Below are positions 11,980-25,850 of a stretch of 64,000 bases of DNA, in pieces. Every line of letters begins with the position of its first letter. Position 1 is the stretch's first letter. Source of the stretch: Vicugna vicugna (lineage: Eukaryota). The translations under genes and the position numbers were made by a program. The stretch covers positions 124,001 through 188,000 of the forward strand of contig MU058531.1 in the NCBI GenBank assembly GCA_013265495.1, in the 5' to 3' direction. The notes beneath the pieces were generated by a model, which was given only the letters and a program-made list of their open reading frames with translations, ran no database searches and was not told the DNA's origin.

Positions 11980-14430
11980 TTAGTCAGCATGCTTGATACT
12001 AGTCTCTATAATAAGTAAATCCAAAATCTCAGTGACTTACTACAATAAAAGTTTATTTGTTGTTCACAAAGAGTTCAATGTGGTCAGCTAGGGGTGTCTG
12101 CTCTGTGCAGTCAATTAGGAAGCTAGTGTTGCTTGAGATGCTGACATCGGCCAGCAGATGAGGAACAAAGAAGAGTACAGAGGGTTGTGGGGATGTTTTA
12201 GGGACTGGACCTGGAAATAGCATCTATCAACTTTGTCCACATCTCATTGGCCAGAACTTAATTATGTGCCTCTCTGCCCCGTCGCCACCCCACCCCACTG
12301 CAGAAGAGCTTGAGCAATGCAGTTTAGTTTAATGTCTAAAAGAAAAGAAATGACCTTCGATAGCACATGGTCAGTCTCTGCCACTATTTGCCCTTCTGGT
12401 CAATAAATTTCCGTTCCACTCTTCCTCCCATATATAGAATAAACTTCTCTCCATGCCTGTCCCTAGAACATTATCCAAAGTCTCTAAATCCTGATAAAAG
12501 CCGTCGGTGATGCTCAGTCAGCTCCATCTGGTTCACATGTGGTTCTTTTCAGCAGAGTAATTTATAAACTAAAAAGGAGTCACCTGCCTCCTGCTCCCTT
12601 CTCATCCCCAAATACACAATGGCGAGCAGAGACAAGTAACTTCATGGCCCCATTTGGAAAGGAAGGAAATGAAAGATAGAAAGCTGATGCTGGTCCAAAG
12701 CAGCAGGGTGGGCATTGTGACGTATCCCCATCCAGGAAGCATTGGGAAATGTCTTTGATTGGACTGTTTTTCCTCTACGAGAGGCATTATTTTGTCTATA
12801 TTTCTCTGTGACCCCTGGTTCCACTCTTTGGAAATTCTCTTCATTGTTCATTATCCTCCATGGCAACATCTGAAGCGAGTGACAGGGGAGGAAGCTATCT
12901 CTGGCACTACACAGATTTTGGAGTCTGCTTCCTTCTCATGGAACCTCGGAGTTGAAGGCTGGTTACTGTTTTATGCTTTGACTAATCCTTGTCCCAGACT
13001 TATGTCTTCTTTGGAAATACTATTTCCTCAGACACCGCACAGCCTTCTCATTGATATTCTTCCAGACAGTTCCTATGCCAACAGTTACACCCCAAATACT
13101 TTCCTAGAGATGGTTCTCAATATCCTTTACATCTTTTAATTCCTTCTCATGCCTCTCTCATCTCACTAAGTAGGCAGCCACTTTGATGCCATCAGGATTG
13201 AGTGGGAAAGCTACAACTCTGATGTGATCTGTGCTAAAATGTGGTGAACCAGAAGTCCTTTGTTGTTTACAATTTTCTCATTCTTATATTCTACTATTTT
13301 GGGTCTAGAAGTAGTCGACTTCAAGACCTCAAATTTATGTAATTTTCCAATTTTCTTTCACTTCTTCCTGCAAACTACCAAAGCTTACCAGCCAATTGTG
13401 GCCAATGTGCACTGACAGTTTGGTTCCTTCCAACTGCTTCTCCGGGAGCTGACAGTCAGTAAGCAGATGGCCTGCCTCTCAAGTTATTACAAGTGAGAAT
13501 TTTTGCCAAGTGTTTTGCCACTGCACAGCACGGACTGCCACCTTTTCGGCCTCTGGAGTCAGTTTCCTATCTTCCCATACCTGGCATGCTAAGCCAGTGC
13601 CACTTATTTCAGGGTTTTTTGTTTTGTTTTGTTTTTGTCTTTTGTTTTGTTTTTGTCTTTTGTTTTAGGAGCACCCCACTTCAAGGTCCCATTTGTGGTT
13701 TCTATCATAGTATTAATGTTTAGTTGCATAAAAGAACTTCCAAATGTCAGTACCTTAACCCAACAAACACAATCAAATTCATTTCTCACTCTGCAGTCCA
13801 GTGTAGGGGTGGGGATGAGGGTGGAGAGAGGGAATGCTGCTCTGTGCAGTCAAACAGAGACTAAGCTATCAGAGGCTCCACCGTCCTCAAGGCGTGACTC
13901 CCAGCTGTGCTCTGAGTGTAGACATCCAGCCAGCAGCTGGATGACCACGTGGGATGCGTTAGGAGCTAGGTCTGTGAGCGGTGTAGCATTCTGCATACAT
14001 TTCAATGGGCAGAAACCAATGATATGTCCCAAGTTTCCCTACTTATCAAGAGAGATGAGTGCTGCACAAGGAACCAGGCTCTTTTAATCTTCCCGCCTGC
14101 CATCTTCAGTGTGTGGCTTTCAGTCCCTGTGTTACAAGGTGGCTGTTGCATCTACAAGCACTGCTTCTGAGTTCCGAGCAGGAAGAAGGGAGGAGAGTGA
14201 GGGTTAAAAGGCCCATGTCAGGTATGTCTCTTTTATGAAAATTCAGTAGCTTTCCTAGAAGTCACATCTAGGAGACTTGCTTACTGGCCATATTAGCCAC
14301 CTTTGGTTGCAAAGGAACTTGGGAAATAAAATTTTTTTGGTTGGGCACATTTCCACTTACTCATATAGCAGAGTTCTACTACTGTGAATAGGAGATTGGC
14401 TACTGGGTTAAAAAAAAAAACAGCAGTATC
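11980..14430. mobile_element. MaLR (MLT1-type) LTR and internal-sequence relics
   Basis: MLT1-like motifs (CCAAAATCTCAGTGACTTA...AAAGTTTATTT; CACATCTCATTGGCCAGAACT-like) at ~12020-12260 and related text at ~13740 and ~14100-14430; by-eye. Confidence 0.45.
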
Positions 14431-15034
14431 TGCTGAAGTGCTCAATAATTCTGGATATTATGTTTATATTAACTTTAATCCCAAATCTCTTTCCTCTGTT
14501 ACCATTCCAAAATGCTGGATGCTGGGCAAATGGTGAGTGTGTGTGTGTGTGTATGTGTATTCAATCTGGTTTATTGCCCATTTAACTAGTACATCAAGAA
14601 CATATTCTTCAAAAGTGGATTTAATAAAAGGCTAAAAATTAAAAAGAAAAAAAAACCCAAAGGGCACTTTTTACATAAGTAACTGTGGCAAGAAAATACC
14701 TTTGGGTTTTCTTCCCACTGAAGACTATTACAATAACCATTATCATTATGATAATAGTTAAATTTTACTGAGCATTTACTGTGTGCCAGAGACAGCAAAG
14801 TTATTTATACTCATTATAACCATCATAAGACGCTATAGACTCCATCATTGCTACTTTACCAATAAGGGAACTGACACTCAGAGAAGTTAATTTGCTTACG
14901 ATGACAAAGCTAATGCACGGTGAAGCCAATATTTGAATTTGGATCTGTGTGATTGCAAAACGTCTGCTCTTTGTCACCAGATAATACTGTCAGATGGCAA
15001 GAATTTCCCCACCTACTCTTTCCAAACCTGATTC

Positions 15035-15760
15035 TAAAGCTCAAATCTTGGCCTCACCATTTGGCCAATACCACAGTAATAATTGTTGTAGGTAAGTCTC
15101 ATCAATGGACAGTAAAATTAGTGGCACAAAGTTTGATGAGAAACAGGAGATACACATATTTTAAAAGTATCTCCATACAAGATCCTTTTTAATTATAAAG
15201 AGAATACTACTAACTTTACAGTGGAGAAATCAGGCTCACACCACCACAACCAAGGAATCATCAGTAGTAATGAGGCACATCGACCCCACGGGGCTCCTGA
15301 AATGATGCCCTGAGGAGGGCACAGCATCACTTCTGAAGCATTCTTGGCAAAAATGCATAAGCTAAATTTAACTATGAGGACACCAGACACACCCACCTTG
15401 AAGGACATTCTACAAAGTAACTGGCTAGTACTCTCCAAAAGTGTCAACATCATGAAAGACAAAAGAAATCGAGGAACTGTCTTAGACTGAAAAAGACAGA
15501 AAATATGACAACTAAATGCAATGTGTGATCCTGGATTGGATCCAGGACCATAAAAAACAGTATTGTGGCAGTGAAATTTGAATAAGATCTGTATAACAGT
15601 TAATAGTCCAAGTAAATTTTCTGTTTTTCATACTTGTACTATCATTATGTAAATTGTGAACATTTGGAAACTGGGTGAATATGTGAGAATTGATTTTTGT
15701 TTCTTGGTGACTTTTTTATGCATCTTTTTATAAGTCTGAAATTATTTTAAAATGAAAAAA
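15035..15760 (+). mobile_element. Old L1 (L1MC5/ME-like) 3' UTR
   Basis: Motifs AACTTTACAGTGGAGAAA, GACAACTAAATGCAATGTGTGATCCTGGATTGGATCC and an A-rich end. Confidence 0.6.
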
Positions 15761-16911
15761 AAATTTAAAAACCCTGTCTACCCAGTTCACCTGCTAGCGT
15801 TTACTTGTCAAAATTAAATCTGAGCTACAACTAAACAGACTGTAAGTACGTCTTCACCAGCTTTCTCATCTGGTCTGCGTTCTGCGTTCTGTCTCTCATA
15901 GGCTGCCACGTTCCTTTGGCCAGATGGTGCCAGGCTCAATAGTGCCAGATCTAAGAGTGAACTATTTACACCCTAGATAGCATACATTTGTAGATTCATT
16001 ATGACAATTTTCCAGCAAATGAAAGAAAAATGTTTTGTGCTAACAAAATCAATGTACTGGGACAGTTTACCATTATACTGAAGTAAAGTGTCTTGGGAAG
16101 GACTTTTTTTTTTTTTTTGCACTTTTCGCCTGTAATTCACAGTAAGGGTTAGCAGTAGCCCTGCACTCCATTCCCTTCAAAGCTGCGACTGTGATACAAC
16201 CTCTCCTCCTCCAGACTGGATCTAGCCATAGGTCACCTCCTGGCAGAAGGGATAACCCCTTCCTCATCCCTTCTTCAGCTACAGAATAGAAACTCCTCTC
16301 GAATTTTAAAATGTCCTGAGGCCTGACATCCCCCAGTTGGTTGTGGGAAGACTGTCTCAGCTAGCCAGTGGGCAAAGAGGAAGCGCAGCAGGAGCAGTTA
16401 GACCTCAGAGCTGTAAGATGGTTGGGTGACTCTGAAACTCTTTCCCTAAGGGTCCTGAATAGCAGGAAAGAGTTACATCAGGTAGGATGCTTTGGGCTGC
16501 AAGTAACAGAAAACCCAGTTCAAACTAGGTTAAACAGTGAAGAAGTTTATTAACAGGCAGTGCAGAGCTCAAAAGGGCTCCAGGCCCAAGGACATAAGAG
16601 TTCCACCCCATTTCTTGATATTCTCTTGGTTCAGTCTTCCTTTGTGTATCAGTTTTGTCTCCAGACTAGGGTCCTTATTGTTAATAAATGGCTTATAGGA
16701 ACATATGGGGACACACATTTCTTTATTCATGCTCTACAGGAGAAAAAGATAACCTTTCACCCAACTGTACCACAGAAACCTTTCCCTTCAGTCTGATTCG
16801 GCCAGCTTAGGTTGCATACCTACTCCTCTACCAATAACACTGCCCAGGGGAGAGTTGTGCCCTGAATGATTGAAGTCTGAGTGCCCAAACCATTCACTGG
16901 CAAGGTAGTGG

Positions 16912-17038
16912 GGTGGGGGAGGGTATAGTTCAGTGGTAGAGTACATGCTTAGCACGTACAAGGCCCTGAGTTCAATTCCCAGTACCTCAATTAAAAAAAA
17001 AACCAAAACTTAATTACCTCCCCCCTCCCCCCAAACAA
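16912..17038 (+). mobile_element. tRNA-derived SINE (vic-1-like) inside a MaLR LTR
   Basis: A/B boxes; TSD TGG(C/T)AAGGTAGTGG at 16898-16911 and 17039-17052. Confidence 0.9.
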
Positions 17039-17314
17039 TGGTAAGGTAGTGGAATTACCATGAGTGGTTTAGAGTAAGCAAGATACACTCCCAAAGCTGG
17101 TAATGAGGTTAAATTCCTTTGAGTAATGGGCCTTCTGAAGGAAGAGTGGATACTTGAGCAAAATCAGGGCTTTGTCTGTGAAAGGAATAGAGACAAATGA
17201 AGCAGGGGAAGTGAATTCCTGCCCCTTGTGAATCAAGAGTTGTTGGTCCAACATGACCCTCTACAAATAGGATATTTCTTTGCATGTCTTCTTCCTTTTT
17301 AAATGAGTTATACT

Positions 17315-17660
17315 GCTATGGAAAAATAATACAGAGGCTCCTCAAAATATTAAAAATAGAACCACCATATGTTCCAGCAACTCCATTGCTGGGCATATAT
17401 CCAAAGAAATTGAATGCAGGATCTCAGAGGTATTTGCACACCCATGTTCATGACAGCAGTATTCACAATAACCAAGAGGTAGAAGCAATGCAAATGTCCA
17501 TCTGTGGATAAAGAAATAACAGAATTTGGTATATATAAAAAGAAATATTATTCAGTCTTAAAAAAGAAGGAAATCCTGTCTCAAGCTACAATATGGATGA
17601 ACCTTGAGGATATTATGCTAAGTGAAATTAGCCAGTTACAAAAAGACAAATATTATACGA
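17315..17660 (+). mobile_element. Old L1 ORF2 3' fragment
   Basis: Translations KIEPPYVPATPLLGIYPK and ATIWMNLEDIMLSEISQLQKDKYY. Confidence 0.8.
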
Positions 17661-20600
17661 ATCACAAAAGACCATTGCATAGTTCTACCAATGCAGATTG
17701 CAATAATATTTCACAGATATACCAGCAAAATAATTTTCTCTTCCATCACATTTAACTTAAAAAATTCTTTTCTTGCTTTATCTTAAAAATTCATACACAT
17801 TTCTAGTTCTATTTCATAATGTCTGAGTTGGGTTTATTTTAGAATGAATCTTCTCTTCCAATTTTGTGGGAATTGACTACTCTAAGAAGATACTTATCCT
17901 GTGGCACAGAAACCCTTGGCCCTTAGCCACATGTGAGAGGCAAGGTATGGAATCCACAAGAATGGATTTTCTGGAAGACAGTTCATCTGTGTCCAATAAT
18001 ATGGAACTAGTTAAGTGAATTGTAATGCAGCCACATGAGAGACTCTTGACCATTAAAAAGGCTTCTGAAGAGTCTACTTTTTAAATGAGGGAAATACTTA
18101 TTTTATAATAATAAGTAAAAAAGAAAAAAGAGAATGCAATGTTGACCATGACTATACAAAAGTAGTAAAAGTAACAAGAGTGGGAATCTGAAACATGGGT
18201 ATAGGAAAACATCCCCAAAGAAACAGATAAAAAATGGTAACAGCTGTAGTCTCTGGGTGGTGGATCTTCAGGAGAGTTTTTCTTTGAACTTTCAATTTTA
18301 GGGGATTTTTTTCATAATGTATGACACGTCAAAAATGTTTAGTAAGATACAAGAGAACTGGCATAAACACAAAAACTGTGGGTCCAAGGATCTCAGTTAT
18401 GAAAACATAAACATTATAATCACTATTTTGGCTGTTCAGAGGAATTACAACATCTTCCACATCCCTACTTCTTTATTTTTAATGTGTTTTTGAAGTTGAG
18501 GTCAATATAAAAATACCACTGTAAACATGGAAATAAAGATAGATCCGAAATTAAGTGGCTCAGTTTTCTCTGTGATTTTACTCCTTAGCCATTTAAAATT
18601 TTGTTTCTCTCCAGGTGCCCCCTCCAAAAAAATATATTCCTGAGTAATAACAAAATTTTCCTATTAGCATCGCAAGTAAATTAATTTAGAACAAAGTGAA
18701 AACCTTGATTGTTTGAAAAAAGATTAAAATAAAAGTCATCCACCTAAAAATATGAAATGTTGTTCAAAGGGATACAATTCAAAACTCTGAAAGCACACTG
18801 ATGTCTAAAAAGTCATTTCATTTTAACTTTCCCTTACACAATGTTAGTATTAAAATTTGATCAGGTGCCTGAGTTTGTTCCATTTAAATGCTCTTGAATA
18901 GTGTTACTCTGTTTCTGTCAAGCCCAGCTTGACATACGCATATACGCAAGTGGACATTTCAAGATTAGAATAATTTAGATTCTGTTCTTGGCTCACACTC
19001 TGTTTGTCTAGTGTAAGATGATGGAATGTCCCTGTGGATGATATAGTTCTGGGTTTGGACAACCAACTCTGTTAAGACTCAAGTCCCTGGATCTCGTCCA
19101 TTTGCGATCTCCATCAGCATGTTTACGGGGCCACTGGACCCTGCAGCTGCTGCTGTCCCCTGCCCAGGAGCACCTGCCCTGCAGCAGCTGGGGCTTGGTC
19201 TTCCCAGCGTGTTCCAGTTAAGTGGTGTTGGTCTGCCCCTTCCTACTGAGGGGCTTTGGGTCAATCAGTGACTTAATTCTTATGGCAGAAAAACTTCCTG
19301 AGAATCAGTTTTTCATACTCTCCATAGCCTGTGCTCACCACTCCCTTTCTAAGCAGAAGACATGTGGAGTTTTCTTGCCTCAGGGTTTTTTTGCACAAGA
19401 AAGCAGGCATTTCCATGGAGCAGTTTTTATTTTGTTAAAGTTCAACCTCTGCAAGATTCTTCTACATATTCTTAGGAGGAGAGAAAGGGAGAATCTTTGA
19501 GGACAGCGAGGAAGAGGCAAATATACCTATCACTATACAAGGGGGTCTGGGTGTGAGAGAATTCCTGAGGTCTGAGCAGGCTGGGTGTGGCGGTCAGACG
19601 AGAACGCTAGTGCCCAGAGAGGATGGCTTGTGTGATGAGGTGCACCCGGACACGCCCTGACCCCTCAAACGTCCTAGACATCACAGGTCCTGCGGAAGCC
19701 ATGGAGCGGCTCAATCCAGAGGAAACTTTTCTAGCACAGAAAATGGGCATCCACCAGATATTCATGCAGATGGAAGGGAGAGGACAGGACAGGCCCTCTC
19801 TATGCTTCAGCACCCTGGGCAAGACCCAGAATCCCGAGTCAAGTCCCATAAGGGAAGCCCTCGAACGGCTGAGACGTCATTTCCTGCCATTCTACCGGAA
19901 TCACGCTAGCTAAAAATCATCTGGCTAAAAAAACCTTGTGATTATAGTTTCATCCATGAGTGTGTATGTGTGTTTTCTTTAAATCTGTTACATGCTTACT
20001 ACTGTAGAGGCTGAGGACAGCGGAGAGAACAGGAATGAATGGACCTGGTTTCTACCCTCCCAGGGCTTACCATTTAGCTCGACAGACAGCTTTCCAAGTA
20101 AAGAGACGCTAAGAGTGATTATCGTTCGCTGTAAAATTAGAGGAGTGGGTTACTATTCTTCTTTATAAATCATATTTCCCATGTTTTCAACAATAACTAT
20201 GTGTGCCTTTTATAATGAGAGAAAAGCAATAAAACTTACACTTTAAATAAACAAACACTATTTAAAAAACAAAAAGGGGACCAGGCTATAGGGAATGAAT
20301 TCACATTCATCAGGCTAACAGTAACTTTCTTTATAAAACAGAATGCCAATTCTATTTATTCAGCTATGTCCACAGTCTCACAAAAGCAGCTGAGGTTCTA
20401 CAGTGAGTTAGGAATAAATTCTCGTTCACAAGGGAGATTAAGTTATTGTTTACGTGGTGCTTATGGCAGAGGGAGCTGAGGGAACAGACAGATAAGCAAT
20501 TAATTATGTTTCTCTGATGAATAAAATAAGGGCTACCTAGAGGTGTATTTTATAAACATGCAATGGAGCCTATTGCTGCATAACTTTTTCCATCCTGGGA

Positions 20601-20909
20601 TTTGGGAAATGCTTCTTATCTTGGATGAAGATTAGGGAGATACTCTAGTACGTATTATCAGCAGTACACTGTCAAAGCATCTCCTAGGGTGATAAAATTT
20701 GAAAAATACTTTTATTACCCATGCTGTCAACCTAGCAACTTCAATGCCAAAAAGACCTTGCCCAACATTTTACTCTCAAGAGTAGGGGAATGGAATAATA
20801 ATAATTAATAATAGCACTATTACATTAAATGAGCATTTACTTTGTGCCAGGCATTTTCACATTGATTATTTCATGGAGTTATCACAACATATCTCTATGG
20901 TAGGTATTA

Positions 20910-21981
20910 TAGGTCCACAATCTCTTATCCAAAACTCTGGGAATCAGATATATTTTGGAAATGAGAATTTTGGGTGGATTTAAAAAGGAACTGGAATTCA
21001 CACCCTTTAAACATCTTGGATACAGGCCTGTCCCAGTCACTACCACTTTTAGCTCGTGTGTGCCTGCAGCATTAGCACACCCAAGAACAGTCAACCTTTG
21101 CTTGTCATCCTTGAAATCTGTTCGTGTCCTTTCATCAGCCATTGTCAAGGTTTTCCCAGAAACACAGCACCAGAACAGAGCTGTTTGATCAGCACTGTAA
21201 GTTTATTCAGGGCTAAGGCTTTCATCAGATGTGACCTTTGTAAATTCATCAATGTCATTTTCAGCAGTTTCATGATCAGCAGCAGTGTTTTCACTGCAGA
21301 TTTTAAGATGCTTGATACCATGATCCTTTTTAAATGTCTGCAGCCAATTTTCTGAGTATCAATCACTATCAATGTTCAGTTCTACATGGTATATTCTAGT
21401 TTGTTTCATGACCAACAAACCAGTCAGTGGCATATCTTTACATCTTTGTTGTCAAATCCATTCAATCATCACACAGTCAAGATCTTCATTTTTGGCCCTT
21501 ATGTAATGTTTTTCTATTTTTCATTCGTTCTTGGTTACTGTTGTCACTGTAAAATATCAACAACTTGTTCTTCTGTTTCTTCAAGTCATATATGGTGGTG
21601 GTTCTCACCCCATATTCTTCGGTAAGATGTCTCACAGACCCATCACCATCAAGCTTCTGGAATAACTTCACTTTCCGAGCTACTGCTCAAGACAGATGCT
21701 TTCTTTCCTTCTTTTTACTGCTGCCATGGTCATATTTTTAACTCTTTTGGGCATTTTCACAGTGTAATTAATCCCCAAGTCATACAAGGTGAGCAAAGAG
21801 CACAGGGTGACTGATGGATGGATATGAACACTGAGACATAACCAAGGTGTCACGTTTACCCATGCCAGATTTGGCTGCCAAATAATCCTGGTGCCAAATT
21901 TACAAAAACACCTTTGAGTTTCCGAGGGTACTTTTTGTTTTTGTTCTACTTTGAAATTTTGGAGTAGAAATTGTGGACCTG
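20910..21981 (-). mobile_element. Internally deleted Tigger/pogo-family DNA transposon (MER46C-type TIRs, Tigger4/Zombi-like transposase relic)
   Basis: TIRs (T/C)AGGTCCACAAT...TCCAAAA at both ends, flanked by TA at 20908-20909 and 21982-21983; transposase-like translation inside. Confidence 0.88.
20990..21754 (-). pseudogene. Disrupted Tigger transposase: CENP-B-type HTH region plus N-terminal part of the DDE domain
   Basis: KLFQKLDGDGSVRHLTEEYGVRTTTIYDLKKQK; YSADQTALFW (YNADET motif); QRLTVLGCANAAGTHELK; several stops and frameshifts. Confidence 0.85.
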
Positions 21982-22771
21982 TATTAAAAATATATTAATG
22001 ACGAAAAAACTGAAGCTCACTTAGTAATTTCTTTTACTGTTTCTATTTGGTCTCTTAAAATTTGGTCACTTCATTGGACAAAGAAATTTTTTTGGTACTG
22101 TCTGCCTAGATGATTTGAGTTGGAATATTTTTAGCAAAGGAACCTGATACTCTTGGCTGTTTGACACAGTCACTAGTTGAGCCCCGTGCTGGATAACGTG
22201 AACATGCCTTGGCAAGAAAAGGCTGGATATGCTAAATTCATATAGTCATTGAATAGAGATGTTTCTTTTTGTTTCAAATTATCTGTTTGGTATTTAATCT
22301 GCCTGGTTACTTATTGCCCCACAATAAGCAACCCAGAAAAATGAAAGAAAACAGTTCATTTTGGATATGTCCCAAACACTCCCATAACTTTCCTCTAAAA
22401 ACCACTCATTTGAAAGTTGTTTTTTTAACAGCTCCATAAATTGTATATCCCAACTGTGACTCAGAATTATTGTTAATCAAGTTCAGAATTAAAAACATAT
22501 TTTAGACGTTCTACTAAAATATGTCCTTCAACTGAGAATTCATTAGAATTTTGAATGACTTTGAAGCTTTTGTGGTTTGGGCCCTACATCACGTGTTATT
22601 TTATGAGTTCCTTTTGGAGGGCCAGCTTTTTTTCCTCATTCCTATCATCCCATATTCATCAAATATCTATTATGAACTATTGTAAAAGACTGAAGATTGT
22701 TGAGTCAGTCCCAAATCTTTCCTTCTTTTCCCATTAGGTGTCAGAACAATCCTTAGGGCTGAGGGGTTTTA

Positions 22772-22944
22772 TTTTTTAACTTAATTTAATTTATTTATTT
22801 AGAAGACTTTATTTAAGGTTTTTTTTGGGGGGGGAGGTAATTAGTTTACTTAATTATTTTTTTGATGGAGCTACTGGGGATTGATCCCTAGACCTTGAGT
22901 ATGCCAAGCATGCACTCTGCCACTTGAGCTATACCCTCCCTCCT
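22772..22944 (-). mobile_element. tRNA-derived SINE (vic-1-like, long tail)
   Basis: A/B boxes on the minus strand; TSD TGAGGGGTTTTT at ~22760 and ~22945. Confidence 0.9.
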
Positions 22945-24499
22945 TGAGGGGTTTTTAAAAATGAATAAAGTAAGTTCCTGTAATCCAAGAAGAGCTTAAA
23001 ATCTAGTAAATAAATAAGAGAAATGTATAAAGTCCAATGAGGATCCTCTCCCTTAGGAGAGAAAGAGATCATATTTATTAGGTGGGGCTAGATCACTCAT
23101 GTTATTTCTCTACATTGGTCTTTCCTATTAGATTGTAATAATAATAACCATTTATTGGGTATCTTCTGTACCCAAGAGAAGCTGGCATTTAAGAAGCATC
23201 AGACTCAGATAGGTTCATTGACTTGCCCAGTGTCACAAAATTCTAAGTGATACAGCCTGGAATTGACCCATTTGCTTGATTATAAGCCCCTATTTATTTT
23301 TCCCCCTAACTTAAAATGTACTCTTTCCTTTGCCTTGAACATACATTCTGTGTTCCCACCTTTCCCTTCACTATATCCATTCTTCTATTTTATACAAGAA
23401 AGGCACACCCTCAAGTATCTGGAATCTGCTTATGGTGTACTGACACAAGAAGTAAAAATCTCCTGGTTGCCCAACAAAGGAACAATTCAAATGACTGAGG
23501 AAGCCTCCTTGAATAATTAATCAAAACATATTTTAAATTATGTCTAATGCTTGTCTTTTTTATACATATTTCTGTTAAGGGCAAAATGTTGTTTTAGAAC
23601 CAGGGTATTCTGGCCAGTGTTGAGATCTTCTGAATTAAATCAGAAAGGGCAGTAGGGAGGCGGGGGAACAGCAATGCAAAGATAGCTTTAAAATCTTTTT
23701 TAAAGGAAAGCAATTCTTTTCATTATAATTATTGATTATATAATTAATTATAAAAATACTCATCCTAGCACTTGTAAGCTAGTAAGAAAAGCACCTTCAA
23801 ATTGCCTAAACAGTAGTGGTAATGATACTGATTATTTTTTAGTGTAACTGGAATTTTTTTTAAGGAATACTAACTTTTTAAAGATACATTTCTTAACACA
23901 CATAAAATTTTTACCAGATTTTTCTCAGATCAGTTGTATATCATCCAATAAGAGTTAAACCCTATTTTATCAAATCAGATCTTGATATACTCATTCTGAT
24001 TACAGTTCATTCCCATTTTATTTCATCTTCTGAATTATCTACTGTTCACTATCTCCCAATAACAACATATGAATCTGCTAGCTGATGGATCAATTAGTTA
24101 TAAGCTATTGTGACAGAGGTTGGCTATATGCTCACCAACGGGGTTTCTTCTTCCTGAGTGTGCAGGAAAACCACATTCCCACTCTGCCCTGCAGTCAGAT
24201 TAGGGCCACATGCCTGGGTACCTACCACAGGAACACGAGCAGAAATAATGAACACCACTTGCCAGGTCTAATTAAAAATACCCCTGGTAACATTGTTCAA
24301 GCTCTCATTCCCTTCTGCTGGGGCCACAGCGGTCAACACTGCAGATTACCAGAGACAAGGAACCAAGCCACTGTTTTGAAGACAGCTGCCCAGGAGTCAC
24401 CCTGCTCTGACTGGGGCTATGAAATGATTGAGAAATAAAACACTGTGGACTTTTTTTTCAGCAGCTAGTTTTATTACCCTGATTAATACAAACAGTATA

Positions 24500-25850
24500 T
24501 ACCTTTATCTTTTATTAAGCACGTAAGAAAAATCTGGTATCAGGGTTCAAACCATATACGTGTACATTTCCTAAAGAATATTGTATCTGCTCTCATAGGT
24601 CTTGATTCATAAGTAACTTCTACTTTAAGCATGATACTAAATTGCATTATGGTGAACTAAGTGATGAAAATGTATTGTTTTGTTTTAGCTAATGTAAAAT
24701 TAATTATATTAGAGCTATGTCATTTTGATCTTGATTGCTTTTAGAAATGTATTGTACAATCCAGATTCTATAACTTACTTCTCAGTGTTTTTGACAGTAT
24801 TGCTTAAAAGAAGTATTAGCACATCTGACCTGAAAAAGGAAATCAGACTTTTTTTTGGAAAGAAAACGAGTCTTATTTGACTGACTAGTCTGAGAATGAG
24901 AACTGGCTTTGTCAATTAGGTCATATGGCAACATTTTCCCATACATGCAATAAATGAAAGCTTTAAGATTTTGACATGCGATAAAAGAAGTTTATAAAAA
25001 ATATTGTACTAGCACAGATGTTGAAATTAGTATCTCCAATTCTTACTGACTATATTGGTTTAAATGAAGCACTGCTGGGTGGAAGAATAAAATATATAAT
25101 TAATAGTCACTTGATAATCTGTGATAAATTCTTTTTGGTATAGCTTCAGAGACTGGGACTCAAGTCTATTTAATAAAACTCTTTATAGGTCAGATGGTTT
25201 CTAATTCATAGCTTTCAACAAAACTAAAATGAAGACCTAATTAAATTGTTAGCTGATAAGTCTTTAAAAGTAATTTTGGATAATAAATTACTCTGTTATT
25301 TTTGACATCTCATTTGAAAGAAGTTCAAAGAATTGGGTGAGACTGTCATAATTAAATTCTTTCTATTTTTATATTATTATTATTGTGAAAAACAGCAATA
25401 AAAGTGGTACTCTGTTCCATTTTAGACATAACTAACATTCTTCCACACATACCTGAACTAATGGAAAAATAGATCCCTGTTAATTACAATAATAGGTACA
25501 TTCTTAAAATTTTCTACTTGGATATTTAGCGATTACAAAAATGTTTAATATATTTATAATGTTTTAATAATAATTATCACCGTAACTATAGAAGTGCCTT
25601 CTTTTAACTTAGAGGGAACTAAAAAATTTTAAATGTAAGTAAGTATTTTTGTTTGAGACATGATAAGATGACCAATGAAAGCTTTTTGAGCACAAACACT
25701 TCTAAACTGGGGTAAAAAACTTACATTAGGGTGAAAAACTAGGGGACATGGAATGCAAAGAAGTTTGGAAAGTAAAAAGAAACAATGCTCATTTCCTGAC
25801 CTCTAAAGAAGAGTTCATGTATTTAAAAAAAAAAAGTATGCAAGTCTCAA
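24500..25850. mobile_element. Probable Charlie-type hAT transposon relic
   Basis: AT-rich sequence resembling Charlie transposase 3' regions; by-eye only. Confidence 0.35.

Noticed and set aside
13615..13666. Short tandem TTTTG/TTTTGTC units inside a 152-aa ORF
   Set aside because: Simple microsatellite within MaLR relics; no spacer structure, not CRISPR-like and not coding
16912..16990. tRNA gene calls for the A/B-box sequences (also at 7900, 22870, 32220, 41460, 42905)
   Set aside because: Diverged dispersed copies with A-rich tails and TSDs; these are SINE heads, not tRNA genes
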